IMG/VR virus record: IMGVR_UViG_3300025890_000018
Strand: one strand, 5' to 3'
Source: a virus
DNA length: 64,000 nt
Below, in pieces: positions 51,195 through 59,816 of the stretch (the stretch's first letter is position 1; the number at the start of each line of letters is the position of its first letter). Below the pieces are notes generated by a model. That model searched no databases and was not told the origin of the DNA. It saw nothing but the letters and a program-made list of their open reading frames with translations. Position numbers and translations under genes: made by a program.

Positions 51195-51577
51195 CAAGAG
51201 TTGTTGATGGAGATACTGTTGACATCGATGTAGATCTTGGATTTGGAGTTTGGTTACATAAAGAACGAGTAAGACTCTATGGTGTAGATACACCTGAATC
51301 AAGAACATCTGATAAGGAAGAAAAAGTTTATGGTAACAATGCTAAAAACTTTGTAAAGAAATTCCTTGAAGGACAAGAAGTAATACTAGTAACTCGTAAG
51401 TATGATGCTAAGGGAAAGTTCGGTAGAATACTTGGAGATCTACATGTAGGTGAAGATAGTCTTTGTGAAGCTCTTATTGAATCTCATAACGCTGTTCCAT
51501 ACCATGGACAAGCAAAAGAAGATATTGAAGAAGCTCATTTAGTTAATCGAGATCTTGTACAATTAATGACTGAATAA
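51170..51577 (+). CDS. Staphylococcal-nuclease-like (thermonuclease/SNase fold) nuclease
   Basis: 'VTRVVDGDTVDIDV...ERVRLYGVDTPE' and 'KYDAKGKFGRILGDL' match the SNase catalytic core pattern (DGDT...R-L-x-G-I/V-D-x-PE). Confidence 0.75.
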   Translation: MFEYRCNVTRVVDGDTVDIDVDLGFGVWLHKERVRLYGVDTPESRTSDKEEKVYGNNAKNFVKKFLEGQEVILVTRKYDAKGKFGRILGDLHVGEDSLCEALIESHNAVPYHGQAKEDIEEAHLVNRDLVQLMTE

Positions 51578-51589
51578 CACATTTAGCGG

Positions 51590-51618
51590 TTTACTTTTCT
51601 AGAAATCTGTGGTATAAT
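51590..51618 (+). promoter_or_regulatory. Sigma70-type early promoter cassette
   Basis: -35 TTTACT (51590..51595), 17-nt spacer, TGgTATAAT (TATAAT at 51613..51618). The identical 22-mer occupies 51607..51628. Confidence 0.65.
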
Positions 51619-51646
51619 AGATCTATAATTGTAATGGAGCTTATTA

Positions 51647-52504
51647 ATGATTATTATGGATTTTAGCGGTATTGCTGTCAGTAATATTATTGTACAGAAA
51701 ATGAATGACGAGTCTATGATTCGCCACATGATTCTTAATTCTATTCGTATGTATCGTAAAAGATACAAAGAACAATACGGTACCAATATTATATTGGCAT
51801 GTGATGCTGGTAATAATTGGCGTAGACAATACTATCCGCAATACAAAGCCAACCGTAAGAAAAGCCGTGATGCATCAGACTTTGATTGGAATAAAGCATG
51901 GACTATTCTAAGTCAAGTCCGTGACGAAATCAAAGAAAACTTTCCTTATAAAGTTATTCATATAGATGGTTGCGAAGCCGATGACATTATCGGTACTTTA
52001 GTTGAACAGACTCAAGAGTTTGGCCACCACGAAGATGTTATGATTGTTTCTGCTGATGGTGACTTTAAACAATTACAAAAATACAATAATGTTAAGCAGT
52101 TCTCTCCACTTACTAAGAAAGAAGTAAAGGATGATAACCCGCGGCTTAACCTCATCGATAAAATATTAAGAGGTGATGCTGGCGATGGTGTCCCTAATGT
52201 GTTATCACATGATGATACTTTTGTTAATGGCGATAGACAAACACCGTTATCAAAGAAAAAGAAAGAAGCTATTATAGAAGATCTATCTGAAGGTGAGTTA
52301 CTATATGCGGCTTCTTGGTATCGTAACTATCAACGCAATGAAAAGCTAATTGATCTTACACAAACTCCACAAGAACTAAAAAATCAAATCATTGACGAAT
52401 TTTGGATAACAGTGCCGGCAGAAAACACAGCTCGTGTACTTCCTTATCTTATAAATAAACAATGTAAGATGTTGATTGAATCCGTAGAGGAATTTATTAA
52501 GTAA
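51647..52504 (+). CDS. rnh: T4-type RNase H / 5'-3' flap exonuclease
   Basis: 'MDFSGIAVSNI', 'ILACDAGNNWRRQYYPQYKANRKK' and 'GCEADDIIGTL' match the FEN/T4 RNase H acidic-cluster motifs. Confidence 0.8.
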   Translation: MIIMDFSGIAVSNIIVQKMNDESMIRHMILNSIRMYRKRYKEQYGTNIILACDAGNNWRRQYYPQYKANRKKSRDASDFDWNKAWTILSQVRDEIKENFPYKVIHIDGCEADDIIGTLVEQTQEFGHHEDVMIVSADGDFKQLQKYNNVKQFSPLTKKEVKDDNPRLNLIDKILRGDAGDGVPNVLSHDDTFVNGDRQTPLSKKKKEAIIEDLSEGELLYAASWYRNYQRNEKLIDLTQTPQELKNQIIDEFWITVPAENTARVLPYLINKQCKMLIESVEEFIK

Positions 52505-52917
52505 TGGATATATTCGAAATACTAAGAAAAGTAGATAAGCAAAGACATAAAGCCGATAAGGTGAAGGTCTTAAAAGAAAATGAGACTTGGGCATTGAAAG
52601 ATATTATAAGAGGGTCAATGGATTCTAATATCAAATGGAAGTTGCCCGGAGGAACTCCTCCATACACTCCATGCGAAGAACATAATTATCCAGCCAGCTT
52701 ACATCGAGAACATAAACAATTTGTTTATTTTGTCCAAGGCCAAAACAAATGTGAATCATTACCAGCATATAAAAGAGAAAAACTATTCTTGGGAATGCTT
52801 GAAGGCGTTCATCCTCAAGATGCGTTGGTACTTATTGATATGATTAATAAAGAAACACCAAAGGGTATTACTCGCCCAATCGTAGAGGAGGCATTTCCTG
52901 GTCTTCTTACTGATTAA
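52504..52917 (+). CDS. Hypothetical protein
   Basis: A 137-aa ORF whose start overlaps the rnh stop (TAATG). Confidence 0.5.
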   Translation: MDIFEILRKVDKQRHKADKVKVLKENETWALKDIIRGSMDSNIKWKLPGGTPPYTPCEEHNYPASLHREHKQFVYFVQGQNKCESLPAYKREKLFLGMLEGVHPQDALVLIDMINKETPKGITRPIVEEAFPGLLTD

Positions 52918-52937
52918 CCTCAACCATAGGAATTCAG

Positions 52938-53162
52938 ATGAAATTAGAACTGAAGCCGTTAAGGCAAAAGAAACTCTACCAGCAGATGAAAAAACAAATA
53001 ATTCGGCATGATAAAAGAGTGAAGTTGTATTTTATAAATCAGAATTGGCTAAAGATAAGAAAACAAAAGGATAGACGAAGACGGAGAGTTCTAATGAGAT
53101 TATGGAAAATAAAACAATTAGATTTATTAAAAACAGGAAGGTTACCTTTATTAGGTAGTTAA
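52938..53162 (+). CDS. Doubtful ORF (extremely basic 74 aa)
   Basis: It is the only ORF in this gap. The composition (K/R/Q/L repeats) could be an artefact of A-rich sequence, and there is no clear RBS. Confidence 0.2.
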   Translation: MKLELKPLRQKKLYQQMKKQIIRHDKRVKLYFINQNWLKIRKQKDRRRRRVLMRLWKIKQLDLLKTGRLPLLGS

Positions 53163-53169
53163 TTAATAG

Positions 53170-53198
53170 TGTACATTTAGAATAAATTGTGGTATAAT
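53170..53198 (+). promoter_or_regulatory. Sigma70-type early promoter cassette (variant)
   Basis: -35 TGTACA (53170..53175), 17-nt spacer, TGgTATAAT (TATAAT at 53193..53198). Confidence 0.6.
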
Positions 53199-53229
53199 TA
53201 TATAATTAATAAAGCGAAAAGGTTACAGT

Positions 53230-53808
53230 ATGAATATTTTTATTCTCGATGAAGATCCGGTTATTGCCGCGCAAATGCAATGTGATAAGCATATTCCAAA
53301 AATGGTTGTGGAATCTGCACAAATGTTGTCCACTGCCCATCGTGTTCTTGATGGCCAGCTTACTAAACGCCCCTCAAAATCTGGCAAGACTATGGTAAAG
53401 TATTGGGATCTATACGAAGGTTCCGATGACCTTGAAGCCGAGCTGTTATACTACAAAGCTGTGCATGTCGGTCATCCTTGTACTCAATGGACAATGGAAA
53501 GCGATACAAACTATCGTTGGCACTACGAGCATTTTATTGCCTTGTGTGAAGAATATACATATAGGTATGATAAAACACATAAGACTGCTCGAGATCTAGG
53601 TTCACCACTATGGACTATGCCAAGGAATATACCAACCGGTCCACTTACACCATTTAGACTAGCAATGGGTTCAAATCCAGAATGCTTTTTTTACAATGAG
53701 CCAGTAAGATCTTATCGAGCATTCTACAAAACAAAACAAGCTCGATTTAAAATGGTATGGACTAAACGTAAAATGCCTGAATGGTTTATGGAGAAATGTG
53801 ATGGATAA
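53230..53808 (+). CDS. Conserved hypothetical protein
   Basis: A 192-aa ORF. The N-terminal 'ILDEDPVIAAQMQCDKHIPKMVVESAQMLSTAH' resembles a block I have seen in viral hypothetical proteins, and I do not assign a function. Confidence 0.5.
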   Translation: MNIFILDEDPVIAAQMQCDKHIPKMVVESAQMLSTAHRVLDGQLTKRPSKSGKTMVKYWDLYEGSDDLEAELLYYKAVHVGHPCTQWTMESDTNYRWHYEHFIALCEEYTYRYDKTHKTARDLGSPLWTMPRNIPTGPLTPFRLAMGSNPECFFYNEPVRSYRAFYKTKQARFKMVWTKRKMPEWFMEKCDG

Positions 53809-53977
53809 ATTAGATCAAATAGATATTATTGAAAATGAAATTGCTTATGCTAAATCATGCTTACAACCACATGATACAGGACATATCAATACTGCTATTA
53901 GTTGGATGTCAAAACGTGTTACTGCTATAAAGGAAGAAATTCGAAAAGATGCCAACCTACACATTGAAAGACATTAA
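53801..53977 (+). CDS. Possible small ORF (58 aa)
   Basis: Below the track cutoff. ATG 53801 overlaps the upstream stop. Its 3' end overlaps 53949..54185 by 29 nt. Confidence 0.3.
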   Translation: MDKLDQIDIIENEIAYAKSCLQPHDTGHINTAISWMSKRVTAIKEEIRKDANLHIERH

Positions 53978-54185
53978 GACGCAAAAAGAACATGATGTAA
54001 ATTGTTCTTACGATGAATTGCAAGAAATCTTAGATGCACAACCTGATTTAATTAAGGTTCTGTCTACACCAGGATTTGTATCATCGACTAAAACACATGC
54101 TAACTCAAAAACCAGTAATGGCTGGAAGGATCTTTTAGGTAGAATTAAAAAAGGTTCTGGAAAGAATAACACTATTAAGACATGA
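53949..54185 (+). CDS. Hypothetical protein
   Basis: A 78-aa ORF with ATGA overlap to the downstream nuclease gene. Confidence 0.45.
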   Translation: MPTYTLKDIKTQKEHDVNCSYDELQEILDAQPDLIKVLSTPGFVSSTKTHANSKTSNGWKDLLGRIKKGSGKNNTIKT

Positions 54186-54856
54186 TGGAGTTTACACATG
54201 AAACGATTGATCTTGGATATAAAGACTTGGTTGCTGACACACGCAAGTCAGGTAGAACCTATCACACTCCTGATGGTAGGACTTTTCCTTCTATTACTAC
54301 TGTTTTAGGAATACTATCTGAAGCTGGTATTGCTGCCTGGCGTAAACGTGTAGGAGAAGAAGAAGCAAACCGCGTGGGCGGGCGGGCATCCGCGCGCGGG
54401 ACTCTTGTACACTCTATAGTAGAAAAGTATTTACTCAATGAAAACACTACAGATTATTTGCCGCACATTAGACAAAGCCTCGAAAACTTACGTCCAATTC
54501 TGGATAGCAGGATCGGAACGATCTACGGTCTCGAGGTACCTCTTTATAGTTCTTACCTCGGTGTTGCTGGCCGATGCGATTGTGTCGCTGAGTTTGACGG
54601 TGTTCCATCCATAGTAGATTTTAAGACATCTAAGCGTGTAAAGAAAAAAGAATACATTTCAAATTACTTTGCTCAAATGGCAGGTTATGCGGTGATGTGG
54701 GAAGAAAGAACTGGCATGCCGATTACTAATACAGTTATTATCATGGATGTAGATGATAATGAGCCTTTAGTATTCAAAGAACACCGTGACAATCATATTG
54801 AACTCCTTATCGATACTAAAAAAGAATATGATAGACGAAAATTATTTTCACATTAA
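54182..54856 (+). CDS. PD-(D/E)XK (RecB/Cas4-like) nuclease
   Basis: 'GTLVHSIVE', 'GRCDCVAEFDGVPSIVDFKTSK' (D...D/E-x-K) and 'YFAQMAGY' (Q-x-x-x-Y) fit the RecB-like nuclease motifs. Confidence 0.65.
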   Translation: MMEFTHETIDLGYKDLVADTRKSGRTYHTPDGRTFPSITTVLGILSEAGIAAWRKRVGEEEANRVGGRASARGTLVHSIVEKYLLNENTTDYLPHIRQSLENLRPILDSRIGTIYGLEVPLYSSYLGVAGRCDCVAEFDGVPSIVDFKTSKRVKKKEYISNYFAQMAGYAVMWEERTGMPITNTVIIMDVDDNEPLVFKEHRDNHIELLIDTKKEYDRRKLFSH

Positions 54857-54869
54857 ATGCATTTAACGG

Positions 54870-54898
54870 TGTACATTTGCTGAAAACTGTGGTATAAT
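54870..54898 (+). promoter_or_regulatory. Sigma70-type early promoter cassette
   Basis: -35 TGTACA (54870..54875), 17-nt spacer, TGgTATAAT (TATAAT at 54893..54898). The identical 22-mer occupies 54887..54908. The palindrome TTAAATGCATTTAA lies just upstream. Confidence 0.65.
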
Positions 54899-54931
54899 AG
54901 ATCTATAATAAAGAAAGAGGAGAATTTTATT

Positions 54932-55114
54932 ATGGAATATATTACTACACAGGTTCTTAAAATGTCTCAATTAGAAGCATTCCGGAATGAATATACAGCA
55001 TTAACAGATGTTGTAAAACCCGGTGCAGATATTTTAGACAGAATTGGTTACCTTGAACAAACATTCGATCTAGTCGATATGGGTGAAATCCTTATTAACA
55101 TGAGGAGCAAATAA
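54932..55114 (+). CDS. Hypothetical protein
   Basis: A 60-aa ORF with GAGGAG upstream, the first gene after an early promoter. Confidence 0.5.
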   Translation: MEYITTQVLKMSQLEAFRNEYTALTDVVKPGADILDRIGYLEQTFDLVDMGEILINMRSK

Positions 55115-55650
55115 TGACAGTATATCTTGATATGGATGGAGTCATTGCAGACTTCTTTAGTGGCATCGAATTAAAATACGGTGTAGATCATTGGAAGTCT
55201 ATTCAAGATCGTGAAATCAAATTCAAAGAACTTGCTAACACAAACTTCTTTTACACACTTCCAATCTTTAGAGAAGATCGTGGACCTCGGCGAGCAGGTC
55301 CTAGTATATCCTGTGAAATCATAAGATTTGTAAAAGAAATATCCAATGGCGATTGGGGAATTTGTTCTTCACCATTACGTGGTGATACAATGAATTCATC
55401 TTATTGGAAACGCAGATGGTTAGAAGATAAAGATTATATGCCACCTTTAGTTGAGAACATGATCTTTACTGGTAACAAACATAAGTATGCTTGGAATGCA
55501 CTAACTCGTAAGCCAAACATTTTAGTTGATGATAAACCTGAAAACATCAAGCGTTGGATAGAAGCTGGAGGTATTGGTATTCGCTTCCAAGCAAATGAAG
55601 ATGATCTAGAAGAATACCTATTTGTAGAACTGGAGAAAGCATGCCAATAA
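55114..55650 (+). CDS. 5'(3')-deoxyribonucleotidase (NT5C-type HAD phosphatase)
   Basis: 'VYLDMDGVIADF' is HAD motif I (D-x-D) in its NT5C form. 'LVDDKPENI' is the distal Asp motif. Confidence 0.7.
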   Translation: MTVYLDMDGVIADFFSGIELKYGVDHWKSIQDREIKFKELANTNFFYTLPIFREDRGPRRAGPSISCEIIRFVKEISNGDWGICSSPLRGDTMNSSYWKRRWLEDKDYMPPLVENMIFTGNKHKYAWNALTRKPNILVDDKPENIKRWIEAGGIGIRFQANEDDLEEYLFVELEKACQ

Positions 55651-55880
55651 GCACAATACTTAATATGCGTACAGAATTTGAAGATATAACTGAAAATTAT
55701 AATATGAACGGGCATGCTGGTAGTAGTATAAATAGTCTTAATTGGTTTGTTGAGAATGGACATAAGTCCAACTCACTTCGTAATGGATTTGATGATGCAA
55801 TGGAAATAGCAAACAAAATCCTAGCGGAGGCTAATCAATGGCAAAAACTCTCGAAAAAGGATCATTATTCGAGCATTTAG
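55641..55880 (+). CDS. Hypothetical protein
   Basis: A 79-aa ORF that overlaps its neighbours on both sides. Confidence 0.4.
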   Translation: MPISTILNMRTEFEDITENYNMNGHAGSSINSLNWFVENGHKSNSLRNGFDDAMEIANKILAEANQWQKLSKKDHYSSI

Positions 55881-56197
55881 ATGCGGATGGTGATGGCATT
55901 ATTACAGATGATGAAATGGCAAGAGCAAAAGAAATAGCAGAGTTCGAACATAAGCGAGCTATGCAAAATAATGAAGATGCAAAGGAAGATCAAATTAGAC
56001 GCATGGCGTGGTTTGCGCTATGGGGTATGCTTTTATATCCTGTCGGTATTTTCTGCGCAGATATGGTCGGCTACGAAACAACTGGACAATTACTTGCAGA
56101 TATCGCGCCTACATACTTTGTCGCAATCTCAGCTCTAGTCGGTGCTTTCTTTGGTGCACAAGCGTACCAGAAAACAAAGAAGAATGGCACTAGTTAA
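55838..56197 (+). CDS. EF-hand-containing membrane protein
   Basis: GGAGG is upstream. 'DADGDGIITDDE' is a canonical 12-residue EF-hand loop. Two C-terminal hydrophobic helices follow ('MAWFALWGMLLYPVGIF', 'YFVAISALVGAFFGA'). Confidence 0.55.
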   Translation: MAKTLEKGSLFEHLDADGDGIITDDEMARAKEIAEFEHKRAMQNNEDAKEDQIRRMAWFALWGMLLYPVGIFCADMVGYETTGQLLADIAPTYFVAISALVGAFFGAQAYQKTKKNGTS

Positions 56198-56403
56198 TGT
56201 ACCAAGCCCTAGTGTGGGTGTGTTTAATGTCAAATCCAGCAGAGTGCATAACTTTAGAAGATCAAAGAGGCCCATACAAGACTTATGAAAGATGTGAATC
56301 CCGTGCTTATGAAATGTCTCGTGCAGTTCATATACATATGAAGGGATACAAACCAAAGAGGTGGTCATGCCGTGGTTTAGCAAAGGGCCAGCTTACTAAA
56401 TAA
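56197..56403 (+). CDS. Small Cys-containing hypothetical protein
   Basis: A 68-aa ORF whose start overlaps the upstream stop. Confidence 0.45.
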   Translation: MYQALVWVCLMSNPAECITLEDQRGPYKTYERCESRAYEMSRAVHIHMKGYKPKRWSCRGLAKGQLTK

Positions 56404-56416
56404 TTGAAAGTATATT

Positions 56417-57181
56417 ATGCGTAATTTAGTCTTCCAATATTATATTCCTTATGAGTCTTTTGATGCTGATATGGGTGGAGTGAATATGCCTGAATGGGCA
56501 AAGGCTGGACAAAGATCTGCTATGGCATATGCTGATGCATGTGGTGCTGAATACATGCTTAGCCACGATAGATATTTTACACACCTTGATCCTCGTTTAG
56601 ATTCGCTCCGGTTATTTTATGATTCGCAGTTTGAACAATACGATAATATCTTTTGCTTAGATTTAGATATGCTTATCTCTAGTAAAGATAATGTATTCAT
56701 TCGTGACATTCAAGATGTTGCAATGGTACATGAATATGGTGTGCATACCGGTGGACCTGCAGGATGGTTGCGCAATGTAATGGATAAGCCTCTACATGAA
56801 AGAGGTGTTATTGCATACGGTAAACATTTATTTGGCCAAGACTGGATGTTTCCTAAATCAACTCGTTATCCAGATGAAAGGTTCCGTTATCTTAATGGAG
56901 GCTTTCAATTGTGGAGTAAAGAAGGTAGAGCTAAAGCCAAAGAGCACTTTACTTCTGTAGATGACTATGTCCTTCATACTCGATATACAGAACAAATGTA
57001 TGTCAATCTTCAACTATCACAACCCGTTTTTAATGTAACCGAGTTTAGTACAACTTGGAATCGCATGCCATATCAATGGCGTGGTAAACCTGACGGTAAA
57101 CTCAATCACTTCTTGGCTCGTACTAAATTTGAAATGCCAAGACTAGAACATACGGAGTTAAGTATATGGCAACCTTCTTAG
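56417..57181 (+). CDS. Nucleotide-sugar glycosyltransferase (GT-A, DxD) paralog 1
   Basis: 'IFCLDLDMLI' is a DxD motif in a GT8-like context. It is paralogous in layout to 58123..58809 and 59816..60694. Confidence 0.55.
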   Translation: MRNLVFQYYIPYESFDADMGGVNMPEWAKAGQRSAMAYADACGAEYMLSHDRYFTHLDPRLDSLRLFYDSQFEQYDNIFCLDLDMLISSKDNVFIRDIQDVAMVHEYGVHTGGPAGWLRNVMDKPLHERGVIAYGKHLFGQDWMFPKSTRYPDERFRYLNGGFQLWSKEGRAKAKEHFTSVDDYVLHTRYTEQMYVNLQLSQPVFNVTEFSTTWNRMPYQWRGKPDGKLNHFLARTKFEMPRLEHTELSIWQPS

Positions 57182-57771
57182 AAATTGCTGGTGAAGCAAG
57201 GCGTGGAATTAACTGGGAAATAGTAAATGGTTTCCGTACAGATAAAACCATGGATGCTGAAATATGGGATATGAGAGATCTTCCTATGAAAAAATCTGCA
57301 GCTTCGTATGATGGAATTTATTCTGAACATTTTATTGAGCATATACATAAGTACCAAGGAATCAATTTCTTTAAGGAAGCATTTAGATTGTTAAAGCCGG
57401 GTGGAACTCTTCGTACTGTATGGCCTAAGTATGAAATTATTGAATGGCTTGTTGGTCCAGAAGATTTAAGTAATGATACTTTTGTAAACCATTACTACCA
57501 AGTATATGTAAAAAAACACAAGTTTCCTGAAGAAGGTAATGAACATAGAAGACCACAAGAGCAAGTTGCATTAGGATTATTACATCAAGGTGGTGAGCAT
57601 AAGTATCTTTGGGGTGAAGCAGAAATGATTACTACATTAAAAGATCTTGGTTTTTCTAGTGTACAAACTTGGCCGTATGGTGTTAGTGGTAGAGCAGATT
57701 TTAATGGAATTGAAAAGCCTGATGTTATTAGGGCTGCACATTCTGGTGTAGTGGAAGCAACCAAATGGTAA
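57166..57771 (+). CDS. SAM-dependent methyltransferase-like protein
   Basis: 'YDGIYSEHFIEHI...EAFRLLKPGGTL' matches the post-motif-II/III region of class I methyltransferases. Motif I is degenerate. Confidence 0.5.
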   Translation: MATFLEIAGEARRGINWEIVNGFRTDKTMDAEIWDMRDLPMKKSAASYDGIYSEHFIEHIHKYQGINFFKEAFRLLKPGGTLRTVWPKYEIIEWLVGPEDLSNDTFVNHYYQVYVKKHKFPEEGNEHRRPQEQVALGLLHQGGEHKYLWGEAEMITTLKDLGFSSVQTWPYGVSGRADFNGIEKPDVIRAAHSGVVEATKW

Positions 57772-58151
57772 CTATAATTATCGATTGTACTAAGTCTCAT
57801 TATAAGTTTCCTGAGTACTGGAAACCATTGCAGCTAAAGCATGCTAAAATAGAGTTTATTTTTAATGAGCATTCAATCTTATATGCAATAAAAAAAGCAA
57901 GCAATAAACATGTATTTGTTACTTCACCAAATTTAATACCGACATATGAAACAATGGTTAAGCTAGAAACATTGCGGGAAAATACTATGTTAGCTCCGCA
58001 AAATCATATTGGTATAAGTACTAACTCAATTACACCTGTTAGCTATGAAAAAGATAAGTGCTTATCAATGGATGAAACCTTTAGTATGAATTCATATATA
58101 GATAAATTCAATCCAGAAATAATTGAAGAAGGAAGTATGTATAGTGTCTAA
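57765..58151 (+). CDS. Hypothetical protein
   Basis: A 128-aa ORF overlapping both neighbours within the glycosyltransferase operon. Confidence 0.45.
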   Translation: MVTIIIDCTKSHYKFPEYWKPLQLKHAKIEFIFNEHSILYAIKKASNKHVFVTSPNLIPTYETMVKLETLRENTMLAPQNHIGISTNSITPVSYEKDKCLSMDETFSMNSYIDKFNPEIIEEGSMYSV

Positions 58152-58809
58152 TATAATTCTACAACATTTTGATGGTGAATTGCGAGAACTGGATCATTTA
58201 TCAATTGAAAACATGAAGCAGTATGCTCATACACACGGTGCTGAATACCAGCTAGTTAGGGGTAAACCATTTAGGGAACATCTGACGGGTGCATGTCAGA
58301 AGGTGCATATGTTATCAGATCATTATGATCAATATGATCAGGTGCTTATGGTTGATATTGATATGTTTGCACCAAAAGGTATGTTTACAAATGTGTTCGG
58401 AGTTTCTGGTATTGGTCTATATGCTGGCACTCAACAAATGTTACATCGTAAAATAGCAAACACTGCCGGCGGTAGCATGCTTTATCCTTACTGGGGCGGA
58501 GCAATATACAAAATGGATCTTAAAACTCGAATGATTTTAAGAGAACAGTTAGGTGGTGATGAGTCTTGGATGGATAAATTTAATGAAGCATATAAGTTTG
58601 AGGATGAAGGTATTATGCACATCCTTGCTAAGAAAGCTAACTTCCAACCTGAAGATGCATATATGCATCAAAAATGGTGTCAGTGTTCTTTCTTACCTAA
58701 TCCCGAAAAAGCTGGATTTATTCATGTGAGAACAAAGATTACACCACAAGGACCTAAGAAAGAAAAGATTGAAAACTATTATGATCTTAAAGTAAAAGGT
58801 ATCCTATGA
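58123..58809 (+). CDS. Nucleotide-sugar glycosyltransferase (GT-A, DxD) paralog 2
   Basis: 'VLMVDIDMFA' is a DxD motif. The start may be ATG 58123 or a downstream codon. Confidence 0.5.
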   Translation: MKKEVCIVSNIILQHFDGELRELDHLSIENMKQYAHTHGAEYQLVRGKPFREHLTGACQKVHMLSDHYDQYDQVLMVDIDMFAPKGMFTNVFGVSGIGLYAGTQQMLHRKIANTAGGSMLYPYWGGAIYKMDLKTRMILREQLGGDESWMDKFNEAYKFEDEGIMHILAKKANFQPEDAYMHQKWCQCSFLPNPEKAGFIHVRTKITPQGPKKEKIENYYDLKVKGIL

Positions 58810-59816
58810 ACATATTAGTTGTGGGAGCCGGTTTTGCTGGTGCTGTAGTTGCACATGAATTAGCCAATGCTGGACATAAGATTCAAGTCATTGAGAAACG
58901 CAACCACATTGCTGGTAATGCATATGACTACACTAACAAGCACGGCATCCGCATTCACAAATATGGACCACATTTATTCCATACAAACAATAAAAAAGTT
59001 TATGACTGGGTTACGCAGTTTGGTGAATGGGTTGAGTATAGACATAAAGTTAAAGCGATGCTAAGCACTGGCCAGTATGTTACTCTTCCAGTCAATAGTG
59101 AAACCAAAGAAATCGTTGGCGAAGAAAATATTATTAGCACGTTCTATGCACCATACACATATAAAATGTGGGGAAAAACTATAGAAGAACTCGATCCATC
59201 TATCATTAAAAGAGTTGCAATAAGAGATGATGATAACGAAGAGTACTTTCCAAATGACGAGTTTCAGGCTTTACCTAAAGATGGTTATGAAAAAGTCTTT
59301 AAGCAGATTTTAAATCATGAAAACATAACAGTCGAATTAAATAAACCTTTTAAAAAATACATGGAAAGTGAATATGATCATGTATTCAATTCAATGGCGA
59401 TTGATGAGTATTATGATTATGAGTTCGGTGATCTACCATATCGCTCTATCAAATTCCATAATGTAGATCTACCATTGCCAAAACTATTACCGGCCGCTGT
59501 AGTTAACTTTACACACGATGGACCATACACTCGAATGACAGAGTGGAAAAACATGCCGGCACATGGTGTTAATGATGTAATGACTTCTGTAACATATGAA
59601 GAACCATGTGACTATAAAGATAATAACCATGAGCGATACTATCCAGTTAAAGATATAGATGGTAGTAATAGAGACATATATAATAAGTATAAGAACATAA
59701 CAAAAGAAAACATGACATTCATAGGAAGATGCGGTATGTACGTATATGTTGATATGCACCAAGCTATAAGTTCTTCTCTTGCTACAACTGAAAAATTTAT
59801 TAAGGAAAACACATAA
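58806..59816 (+). CDS. glf: UDP-galactopyranose mutase
   Basis: 'ILVVGAGFAGAVVAHELA' is an FAD Rossmann motif. 'IEKRNHIAGNAYD...IHKYGPHLFHT' is the characteristic Glf block. ATGA overlap with the upstream gene. Confidence 0.8.
   Translation: MNILVVGAGFAGAVVAHELANAGHKIQVIEKRNHIAGNAYDYTNKHGIRIHKYGPHLFHTNNKKVYDWVTQFGEWVEYRHKVKAMLSTGQYVTLPVNSETKEIVGEENIISTFYAPYTYKMWGKTIEELDPSIIKRVAIRDDDNEEYFPNDEFQALPKDGYEKVFKQILNHENITVELNKPFKKYMESEYDHVFNSMAIDEYYDYEFGDLPYRSIKFHNVDLPLPKLLPAAVVNFTHDGPYTRMTEWKNMPAHGVNDVMTSVTYEEPCDYKDNNHERYYPVKDIDGSNRDIYNKYKNITKENMTFIGRCGMYVYVDMHQAISSSLATTEKFIKENT

Noticed and set aside
52938-53162. A 74-aa hyper-basic ORF as a real gene, or the gap as an RNA gene.
   Set aside because: I kept it only as a low-confidence feature. 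It has no RBS, its composition is consistent with chance in A-rich DNA, and I could not find convincing secondary structure or conserved RNA motifs.
53230-53808. Assignment of this ORF as a T4 endonuclease V-type pyrimidine-dimer glycosylase.
   Set aside because: The N-terminal 'DKHIPKM..E' block only superficially resembles the DenV 'DQHLMAEYRE' region. The rest does not match my recollection of DenV, so I left it as a conserved hypothetical.
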